Assembly: GCA_045628985.1 (NCBI GenBank)
Contig: JAZQQH010000042.1
Coordinates: forward strand, 14,796 to 78,795
Source: Bacteroidales bacterium
GTDB taxonomy: Bacteria; Bacteroidota; Bacteroidia; Bacteroidales; UBA3663
DNA length: 64,000 nt
Direction of reading: 5' to 3'
Part shown: positions 56,351 to 63,433 of the stretch, in pieces
Position numbering within the stretch: the first letter of the stretch is position 1
How the letters are laid out: each line of letters opens with the position of its first letter
Notes under the pieces: generated by a model
The model's input: only the letters and a program-made list of their open reading frames with translations
Told to the model about the DNA's origin: nothing
Database searches by the model: none
Translations under genes and position numbers: made by a program

Positions 56351-56692
56351 TTATTTCTTAGCGATGAAATCTTCTCGCATCGGAGAGAAAGTATCGATCA
56401 CAATACCTGGCTCCAGACATTTGCACTGATGCTGCTGATTGGGCTTAATCAGAATGCCATCACCTTCCTGCACGACTCGCATCTCTCCATCGACGGTAAA
56501 TTCGAACTTGCCGCTGGCAATATAAGAAGACTGAGTGTGCGGATGAGCATGCATAGCAGCAAGACCATCTTTCACAAACTTCACACGGACGACCATCAGG
56601 TCATCATTATATCCTAGGATCTTTCGTTCCAAACCAGGACCAAAAGGCTCCCATGGCTGGTCATCGGCTCCAATAAATTTCTTGCTTTCCAT
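56351..56692 (-). CDS. Cupin-domain protein
   Basis: 113 aa. ...HAHPHTQSSYIASGKFEF...G... matches the cupin metal motifs. Confidence 0.75.
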   Translation of the reverse strand: MESKKFIGADDQPWEPFGPGLERKILGYNDDLMVVRVKFVKDGLAAMHAHPHTQSSYIASGKFEFTVDGEMRVVQEGDGILIKPNQQHQCKCLEPGIVIDTFSPMREDFIAKK

Positions 56693-56693
56693 A

Positions 56694-57377
56694 TTATTTG
56701 AGATTATTCATATTGTCTACGAGCTGTTTCACTTCCTCATCTCCGATTGCATAATTGTAGATACGAAGACCTGCAATCTGAGTATCACTGAGATACTTAT
56801 CTCCCTTAAAAGGAGCTCGGCCCATCCAGCAACAGGCAGGCGCCTCTTTGAAGATCTCTGACAAGATCGGCATCTTATCATTGCGACCTATGAGCTGTCC
56901 ATCAATAAAGAACTCTCCGGCATGTCCTTGCTGGCGGAAGAGTGCATGATGCCAGACATCTCGTCCTGGCTTGCCACCCTGCATGATGATCTCCTCATGC
57001 GCATAACCACCTGTCGAAGTCTCAAACCGCTGTTCATTGAGTCGAAAAGCTACATACGGACCTTCATCTGCAGAGTTTTCGGCCAACGCCGAACAAGCAA
57101 AGACAAAATGCCCATAGCCATCAAGCTCATTGCTCGAACTCACCTTATAATATATAGACAGAGAAAAGTCCTGCAACGACTGGATATATTGACCCAGAAC
57201 CGGAGTCATGTCATAATAACCATCATTATGTCCCAGATTGATTACTTGCTGTCCGGCCACAGTTTCAAAGCATGCTCCGTTCTTCAAACCAGACGGATCA
57301 CTGACCGACACATAATACTGAGCCCACAGAAACAGAGGCGCAAAAACTACGGATAAAAGGGTTAAGAGGCGTTTCAT
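56694..57377 (-). CDS. Secreted LamG/concanavalin-like lectin-fold protein
   Basis: 227 aa with a signal peptide. ...FSLSIYYKV...GHFVFA... and ...WHHALFRQQGHAGEFFIDGQL...LRIYNYAI... fit the LamG jelly-roll pattern. Confidence 0.55.
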   Translation of the reverse strand: MKRLLTLLSVVFAPLFLWAQYYVSVSDPSGLKNGACFETVAGQQVINLGHNDGYYDMTPVLGQYIQSLQDFSLSIYYKVSSSNELDGYGHFVFACSALAENSADEGPYVAFRLNEQRFETSTGGYAHEEIIMQGGKPGRDVWHHALFRQQGHAGEFFIDGQLIGRNDKMPILSEIFKEAPACCWMGRAPFKGDKYLSDTQIAGLRIYNYAIGDEEVKQLVDNMNNLK

Positions 57378-57415
57378 AACAAAACAAATTTATAATATAT
57401 TAAATAATGTGGGAA

Positions 57416-57423
57416 CAAAGATA
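57416..57423 (-). promoter_or_regulatory. -7 box for the LamG-cupin(-beta-helix) genes
   Basis: Minus-strand TATCTTTG 39 nt upstream of the ATG at 57377. Confidence 0.5.
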
Positions 57424-57559
57424 AGGCTAAATTTGATTTTTTCGAAATAATTTTTGAAAAAAACTTGAAATCGGTGTAATAAATGGCAACATTCTGCGTC
57501 TAATGGGTGTAACTTGATTCGAAAAGAGCAGGAAACACCTGCAAAACATACAACAGAAA

Positions 57560-58036
57560 ATGAAAGACGAAAGCAAATTCGCACAAATCGTAAAAGAGAA
57601 CAAAGCAACAATCTACACCGTCTGCTATATGTTCTCGCAAGACAAGGATGAGGTGCAGGACCTCTTCCAGGATACACTCGTCAACCTCTGGAACGGCTTT
57701 GAAGACTTCCGTGGTGACAGCAAGACAGAGACATGGGTGTGGCGCGTAGCCCTCAACACTTGCATCTCTGCCGAACGCAAGAAAAAATCACAGGGTGAGA
57801 AGGTTCCTCTCTCCCTCGACATCGACCTGTATTCCGACAGTGATGCTGCCAGCCTTCAGGTGCAGCTTCTGCACAAGCGCATCGGCAAGCTCGGCCTCGT
57901 TGATCGTGCCATCATCCTACTCTGGCTCGAAGATATGAGCTATGACGAGATCGGTGCCATCGTAGGAATCTCTGCTCAAAACGTCGGTGTGAAGCTCTAT
58001 CGCATCAAAGAACAACTCAAATCCATGCACGACTAA
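57560..58036 (+). CDS. ECF-type RNA polymerase sigma-70 factor
   Basis: 158 aa. Region 2 ...LVNLWNGFEDFRGDSKTETWVWRVALNTC... and region 4 HTH ...MSYDEIGAIVGISAQNVGVKLYRIKEQL.... Confidence 0.9.
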   Translation: MKDESKFAQIVKENKATIYTVCYMFSQDKDEVQDLFQDTLVNLWNGFEDFRGDSKTETWVWRVALNTCISAERKKKSQGEKVPLSLDIDLYSDSDAASLQVQLLHKRIGKLGLVDRAIILLWLEDMSYDEIGAIVGISAQNVGVKLYRIKEQLKSMHD

Positions 58037-58064
58037 GCATTATTAACTCTAACAAAAAACAACT

Positions 58065-58643
58065 ATGGAAGAAAAAGATTTTATGGAGATGCGTAATCAG
58101 ATCAATCTCCTCAAAGGCAAATTGAATCAGCAGGAAATCGTAAATAATCGTCTGATCAAGGCTTCTATGCGCGACAAGCAGCAGGAAATCAATCGCAAAG
58201 CCATCAAGATGTCTGCAATCGGCGTCCTTGGCATCCCTCTCTGGATCGGCATTCACTACACCTCCGGCATTTCATGGGCCTTGGCTCTCACCACCTGTGC
58301 CATGATGATTTTCTGCATTGCAGCCACTTGGTATTGCCATTATCCAGTCAACAAGTCAGGACTTTTCTCTGGCGATGTCAAGACCGTAGCCAGCGCTTTT
58401 GCAGAAGTGAAGCACATGTATCATATCTGGATTACTCGCTTCGCCCCTACTCTCATCCTACCATGGCTGGCATGGGTTTGCTACGAATATCAGGATGTCC
58501 TGCCAGTACAAGCCGACCAGAAATGGATTCCTTATGCCATCGTCCTGGGTGGTGCACTCTTCGGGTTCCTCATCGGTTATAACATGCATCGCAAGGTGGT
58601 CAATACTTGCCAGGAGGTGATTGATCAGTTGGAGGAGGCGTAA
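58065..58643 (+). CDS. Membrane protein, possible anti-sigma partner
   Basis: 192 aa. N-terminal soluble helix followed by four hydrophobic helices. Lies immediately downstream of the ECF sigma gene. The assignment is positional only. Confidence 0.45.
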   Translation: MEEKDFMEMRNQINLLKGKLNQQEIVNNRLIKASMRDKQQEINRKAIKMSAIGVLGIPLWIGIHYTSGISWALALTTCAMMIFCIAATWYCHYPVNKSGLFSGDVKTVASAFAEVKHMYHIWITRFAPTLILPWLAWVCYEYQDVLPVQADQKWIPYAIVLGGALFGFLIGYNMHRKVVNTCQEVIDQLEEA

Positions 58644-58660
58644 GTGTAGTAAAAAAAATA

Positions 58661-58691
58661 ATAGCACTTCACACTTGTGGAGTGCTATTTT
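58661..58691 (+). terminator. Rho-independent terminator at the core/accessory boundary
   Basis: ATAGCACTTCAC-actt-GTGGAGTGCTAT followed by TTT. Confidence 0.6.
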
Positions 58692-58705
58692 CAGTTTGCG
58701 CTACA

Positions 58706-58785
58706 ACATTTTTCTGCACTTATTTTGGCGCAAAACCACAAAAATCTGCAGATATTTCCAAGAAAATTTACATTTTTCTGCACTT
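58706..58785. repeat. 16-bp direct repeat ACATTTTTCTGCACTT (58706-58721 and 58770-58785)
   Basis: Two exact copies 64 bp apart, in the gap between the core genes and the AT-rich operon. Confidence 0.8.
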
Positions 58786-58862
58786 CAAAGAGTATTTTAA
58801 GGCAAATGTAACTCCTATTAATGACCATTTAGAATGTTATCTTTCAAGCTACGAGCAGAATG

Positions 58863-59810
58863 TCACGTACTGGTTACCAGCGCGTCAATTATCTTTTTAG
58901 CATTCGTAGTGGCATAGTCTCGATGAGCGTTACGGAGTGTTTTGTGCGTATAATTCATCAAAGAATCAAACTCTGGCCAAGTCAGGTCGAAGACTGCTGT
59001 CATAGCACGCCCTAGGTAAGCTGCGTCGGATGTCCTCTTCACGGTTATACCATTATTGTCAGCCCCAATTATGCCATGGCCGATTGCCGTTGCAAGCCAC
59101 AGAGCTATGGTTTTCAATTTCTCTGCGCTGAATCTCCTATGGGCAAGACTCTTTTCAACGAACCCGAGAATCTGGCTTTCCGTTAGTTTAGCGTGCGGGA
59201 TATAATTGTAGCTGAAAATAAAGATATCAAGAATAGGAGTCTCTTCTTTTCGATAGAACGTCAAGCCTTCTATTCTCTGACTTCTTAAAAATGCAGCCAG
59301 CTGCCGGCTATAGACGACTATTGTCTGTGGCTTATGCTTAGTAAGCATTTCCCGAAATGCCCCTAATCCATCCCTGAACAATAGAGAATGTTCCTCCGGC
59401 GAGGGAGTGTCTGCATCTGACTGGAAATGCTGGAAGAAGTTGTAGAACCCCAGATGATCCCATAATTCCTGCCGCCTTTCTATAGAAACAAATCCTTTCT
59501 CTTGCAATAAGAAACTAGTGACCATCGAAAACGAAGGAGATTTCGCTTCGTTCTCGATGTATGAGTCAAGCTCTATGCTATTGCAGTTGCTCAGACGATA
59601 ATAGCTTTCAAACTCAGTACCTTTGTATTTCTCATATTCCGGGCACTGGCAATCCATCTGCTTCGCACCCTGCATGCTGCAACATTTCGACTTATGCTCA
59701 CAGTTCTGTTCGCAAAGCAGATGAACTCCTACGATCATCGTCCTTACACCCTGCCAGCCTTCTTCATACTGGTTACCGATGCGAGGACGAAAAAAGATCT
59801 TACTCTCCAT
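58863..59810 (-). CDS. Cys-rich hypothetical protein, last gene of the accessory operon (possible immunity or partner of the nuclease)
   Basis: 315 aa. 6 Cys within 24 residues (LLCEQNCEHKSKCCSMQGAKQMDCQC). Its ATG is embedded in the last codons of the nuclease gene (11-nt overlap, tATGGAGAGTAA). No family recognised. Confidence 0.6.
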   Translation of the reverse strand: MESKIFFRPRIGNQYEEGWQGVRTMIVGVHLLCEQNCEHKSKCCSMQGAKQMDCQCPEYEKYKGTEFESYYRLSNCNSIELDSYIENEAKSPSFSMVTSFLLQEKGFVSIERRQELWDHLGFYNFFQHFQSDADTPSPEEHSLLFRDGLGAFREMLTKHKPQTIVVYSRQLAAFLRSQRIEGLTFYRKEETPILDIFIFSYNYIPHAKLTESQILGFVEKSLAHRRFSAEKLKTIALWLATAIGHGIIGADNNGITVKRTSDAAYLGRAMTAVFDLTWPEFDSLMNYTHKTLRNAHRDYATTNAKKIIDALVTST

Positions 59811-60318
59811 ATATTTGTTTCAGCTCACTACGGCTGAAGTTCTTAAACCGTGCTTGCCAGTATCGACTCTTTTCTCCGTCAAATTTCTGACGATCAATCA
59901 CCGACTCTCGCTGGGGATGTAAGATTGCATTGTTTCCATCGCCCATGTGCTCCTGCCATGTCAATTCTGCAAAAGGAGAGTCCTGTTGCTGCCCAATATG
60001 GTGCAACTCATACGGATCGCCATTCTTGTCACGGGGTGGCCATCCTTCTCCAATCAGATCGGCATTATTATAGTCATACCATTTCTTCCAGTCAGCGAAC
60101 TTTTCCTTCAGCCAGTCAAGACGGCAATTGAACGCGCTCCAGTCGATATCCTTGCGTATCAATGCAGGACGATCATCGACTCTAGCTTCCACAAGGCCAG
60201 CATTCATATAGATGCGAGCCTCAGCCATAGTGCGTATGCATCTGACAACAGCCATTGACCACCCTGTGTTTTGGATGATTTCTTGTTGTTGAACAGCTGT
60301 AAGTTCTGTTTCAAACAT
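59800..60318 (-). CDS. Stand-alone HNH/EndoVII-superfamily nuclease, LHH-type toxin-like domain
   Basis: 172 aa. ...NGDPYELHHIGQQQDSPFAELTWQEHMGDGNNAILH... gives the HH...N...H beta-beta-alpha-metal pattern. The N-terminal ...TGWSMAVVRCIRTMAEARIYMNAGLVEARVDDRPALIRKDIDW... resembles the linker that precedes LHH domains in polymorphic toxins (from memory). Confidence 0.7.
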   Translation of the reverse strand: MFETELTAVQQQEIIQNTGWSMAVVRCIRTMAEARIYMNAGLVEARVDDRPALIRKDIDWSAFNCRLDWLKEKFADWKKWYDYNNADLIGEGWPPRDKNGDPYELHHIGQQQDSPFAELTWQEHMGDGNNAILHPQRESVIDRQKFDGEKSRYWQARFKNFSRSELKQIYGE

Positions 60319-60330
60319 ATTCGTTCTTTT

Positions 60331-60501
60331 TTATAATCCAAACAGGAGACCCAGCCATCCGCCTTTCTTTGGCAGACACAATGCGCCACACTTAGGGCAA
60401 CGCATTGGCATAGTACCAGCCGTTGCGTTGTCCTCAATATCAAGACCTTCAAATACGTTACCACAGGCTTCGCACTTGAACTTTGTCGTTCCTCTCAGCA
60501 T
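60331..60501 (-). CDS. 56-aa zinc-ribbon mini-protein with hydrophobic C-terminal tail (not in the ORF track)
   Basis: Hand translation: MLRGTTKFKCEACGNVFEGLDIEDNATAGTMPMRCPKCGALCLPKKGGWLGLLFGL*. Two CxxC pairs. Lies 3 nt after the upstream stop and 12 nt before the nuclease ATG. Confidence 0.55.
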   Translation of the reverse strand: MLRGTTKFKCEACGNVFEGLDIEDNATAGTMPMRCPKCGALCLPKKGGWLGLLFGL

Positions 60502-60504
60502 GAA

Positions 60505-60633
60505 TTACTTCTTTTTGTAATCCTTGTAAATCTTAAGTGCGCCGGCAACGACTGTACCTATTGCTGCAAAAACTGTTGCCACTTCTTTTTCACTAACATC
60601 CTTTAGTTGTCCGAACTTAGTAAACTCTTTCAT
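60505..60633 (-). CDS. 42-aa Lys-rich single-helix peptide (not in the ORF track)
   Basis: Hand translation: MKEFTKFGQLKDVSEKEVATVFAAIGTVVAGALKIYKDYKKK*. Central small-residue hydrophobic helix with a KKK tail. Confidence 0.45.
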   Translation of the reverse strand: MKEFTKFGQLKDVSEKEVATVFAAIGTVVAGALKIYKDYKKK

Positions 60634-60751
60634 TTTCTTTTACATATTTATTAACCATATAAAAGCCAACTATATTATATGACATGCATCATCTATTAAG
60701 TCATACATACTAATAGTGCGATGTCTGAAATACTTAATTTGACTTCAACAA

Positions 60752-61240
60752 TCAAAAGTCTAATAGAGGTAAATCAGGATTATTATAAACCTCAAAAAAC
60801 TGTTCCAAATCATCCAGTGGGGATTTAGTTACAATATTGCTTATGCCTTGCAAAGAAGCAAGAATAAGTTCTCTATCTCCACTTTCTATGGCCTTATCCA
60901 TAAGCTCATAATGCTTCTGTAATGCTCCATTTCTTTCGCCAAAGGTACTTTCTAAAAACTGCTGACAAACCTTATATTTAGCAATAGTGTTCGCCATTTG
61001 AACATTACTCCACGCATTAATCTGCTCTGTTCTGGCTTTAAAAGCCTGACATTGAGTATATAGATTCGCGATATTCTGTGCAGAATCTGCTAAAGATAGC
61101 ATCTGACCAGAGATATCCTGCACTTGTTCTAATAGTCCCTCACATCTATCCATGCCATTGTTAAACTTCTCTGACAAGGAAGTAGGTGCATTTTTTTCGT
61201 AAGGAACGACTATCCCATTTTCTTTATTTCTATTCTCCAT
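60752..61240 (-). CDS. All-helical hypothetical protein
   Basis: 162 aa, predicted helical by composition. Its start is 2 nt after the stop of the 546-aa gene. No family recognised. Confidence 0.65.
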   Translation of the reverse strand: MENRNKENGIVVPYEKNAPTSLSEKFNNGMDRCEGLLEQVQDISGQMLSLADSAQNIANLYTQCQAFKARTEQINAWSNVQMANTIAKYKVCQQFLESTFGERNGALQKHYELMDKAIESGDRELILASLQGISNIVTKSPLDDLEQFFEVYNNPDLPLLDF

Positions 61241-61242
61241 TT

Positions 61243-62883
61243 TTAAATTTTTGAATAACTAATTTCTTTGTATGCTTTTATTGCTCTACCGAGATCTCGA
61301 ACTTCAAGAGGAGTAAGTATCTGATTACAACTATAAACCTTAGTCATTAATTGATTATAGATATCCCTGAATCCTTCATTAGCTTTCACTATACTCTGTG
61401 CTACTTCAATGACTCTATAAAGCTGAGCACGTCCTTCTGTGTAGCCATCAACAATGATTTGCATATCTTTTACTATATTAGCTTGATTTGCTTGTATGCG
61501 GTCAACTTTTGCTGCATGGTCTGCTGCCGCTGACATTGCTATTGTCGCAACTCCAATGAGTGCTGCACCTGTAGCTACTTTTTTATTAGAATAGATAAAC
61601 TGACGAACATCCTTGTTATTTACTATTGTTCGGGCCACATTATCATACTTCTTTATCGTATCAGATACATTGTTTGTTTTATAACCTTGGAAGGTAACAG
61701 AAAACAAAGAAAGGTCAATATCTTCTAAACTTACCATATCAGCCTCTTTCTCCAAATTACCACCTCCTGAACCATGACGTATAACATTAAGCAATTCGAC
61801 ACCAAGATATACATTTTGGAATGCATAGGTTCTAAGCTGGTCTAGTGCATCACTTAACTCATCACAAATCATCTCAAGTTCTTCGTATTCCTCATGCGCT
61901 GCATTACGCAGTTTCTTCATATCTTCGTACTGTTCAGATAATTTACCTGTATCTGTGTATAGTCCAAGAAATCCAGAAACATCTCTGTTCTTTATCCTGT
62001 CCAATTCATTAAGAATAGATTCGATTTTATTATCGTTCAGAAGATTCTTACAGTTTGCTATGCGTGAATTTTGTTTTCTTTGAAGAAATCCCGTTGCAGC
62101 GTATCTTCTAAATTGTTCAGGATTAAATTCTCCTTGAGGCACAAGTGCCTTATATACGTTATCATTGGCTTCCTTCCTTAATGAAATCTTGCAAAACAAT
62201 TCTAATTTTTTATCTGCCAATTCCTTTGCCCTTTCCATTCGTTCAATAGGAGCAGCCTGTCTCAACAGTCGTAGTAAATTTGCTATATTTAGAAATAATT
62301 CTACGACCTCTTTATAATTTTCCTTCGTTATCGAATTTCCTGGTATAGGGACTGAAATTTCTTTCTGCACAAATAGGGTATATAATTCACCTAAAGTTGA
62401 ATTGTATAAATAAGAAAGATGCTGTTTTAACTCATTTGTCTGCTTTTCTATTTCTCCCAACTCTTTATTCAATACTTTTTCTTTTTCTTTAAAATCTCTG
62501 TACTTTTCTCCATTGCGCAATAGCCATATTTTCTTCCTTATATAAAAATATAGAGAAATCAGTAAAATCATTATTACTGTACTTCCTATTACAGAAATAA
62601 ACCATCCCATAGCTGAGACTTCTCCATCCCATCCCTCGAATGGAATTGCAATAATGGATGATATGAATAACCAAGTAAGGCAGCCACATCCATATTCAGT
62701 GCAACCAGAATTTTCAACGTAATCAGGAATCTCTGTCCTTGAATTTTCTATTTCTGATTTAATTATTTCTTGTCTTTCCTCTAATACAGTCTGTTGTTTT
62801 TGGAGTTTATCGTACAAAATCAAAGATTGCTCACATTTGTCAAAGCGAGAATAGAAATCAAATGTTTTGACTTGATTATTCAT
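61243..62883 (-). CDS. Coiled-coil membrane protein (TM hairpin plus long helical domain plus third hydrophobic helix)
   Basis: 546 aa. Heptad-rich N-terminus. Cys cluster CTEYGCGC before TM1 (LTWLFISSIIAIPF). TM2 (FISVIGSTVIMILLISLYFYI). About 340 aa rich in K/E/L/N. An Ala/Gly-rich helix (ATGAALIGVATIAMSAAA). No NTPase or other enzymatic motif seen. Confidence 0.7.
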   Translation of the reverse strand: MNNQVKTFDFYSRFDKCEQSLILYDKLQKQQTVLEERQEIIKSEIENSRTEIPDYVENSGCTEYGCGCLTWLFISSIIAIPFEGWDGEVSAMGWFISVIGSTVIMILLISLYFYIRKKIWLLRNGEKYRDFKEKEKVLNKELGEIEKQTNELKQHLSYLYNSTLGELYTLFVQKEISVPIPGNSITKENYKEVVELFLNIANLLRLLRQAAPIERMERAKELADKKLELFCKISLRKEANDNVYKALVPQGEFNPEQFRRYAATGFLQRKQNSRIANCKNLLNDNKIESILNELDRIKNRDVSGFLGLYTDTGKLSEQYEDMKKLRNAAHEEYEELEMICDELSDALDQLRTYAFQNVYLGVELLNVIRHGSGGGNLEKEADMVSLEDIDLSLFSVTFQGYKTNNVSDTIKKYDNVARTIVNNKDVRQFIYSNKKVATGAALIGVATIAMSAAADHAAKVDRIQANQANIVKDMQIIVDGYTEGRAQLYRVIEVAQSIVKANEGFRDIYNQLMTKVYSCNQILTPLEVRDLGRAIKAYKEISYSKI

Positions 62884-62885
62884 AA

Positions 62886-63050
62886 TTATATAAAATTTTG
62901 TCTGTTTGTTTCATGTATGAATTCGAATGTTACGCCATGTTTATGGCACCCTTTGTTGCGACCATCTGGATGATGGGAACAGGTCGCACTGACAAGTTGT
63001 CTGACATTTACGAAGCGGTGTCCACAGTATTCACAATAATAGTAAGTCAT
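62886..63050 (-). CDS. 54-aa Cys/His-rich zinc-ribbon-like mini-protein, first gene of the operon
   Basis: MTYYYCEYCGHRFVNVRQLVSATCSHHPDGRNKGCHKH.... ATG at 63050 is preferred over the track's GTG start at 63110. Its stop is 2 nt before the next ATG. Confidence 0.55.
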   Translation of the reverse strand: MTYYYCEYCGHRFVNVRQLVSATCSHHPDGRNKGCHKHGVTFEFIHETNRQNFI

Positions 63051-63323
63051 AGGTATGTAGCGTTGTTTTATTAAAAAAGGCGCAGCTTCTATATCATCCG
63101 TCCTCGTCACTCAGGCATCGCCAAACGCCCCAACAAAAAGAACAAGAAGATACTTCTACCGCGCCTGCCTATGTATGAGGTAACCTCGCTAATGAGGCGC
63201 ACATATACAAAGACAGGGAAAAAGCATCAGCTGTCTTGATCTTTGTTCTCTGATTTGGCGATTTTGAGTGACGATCAATAGACAATATGCCATTCCATTA
63301 TGTCTGGAATCGAAATTCCGCGA

Positions 63324-63331
63324 CAAATATA
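63324..63331 (-). promoter_or_regulatory. -7 box (TATATTTG) for the accessory operon
   Basis: Minus-strand TAnnTTTG inside the 324-nt gap upstream of the operon. Confidence 0.45.
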
Positions 63332-63433
63332 ACATATTATCACAACAACTGATGCTAATTACATCGATTTTAACAAATATTTAACGACTTCTTAGCTTAG
63401 GAATCTGTTTTTCGTGGTAAAAGATAATCTTAA

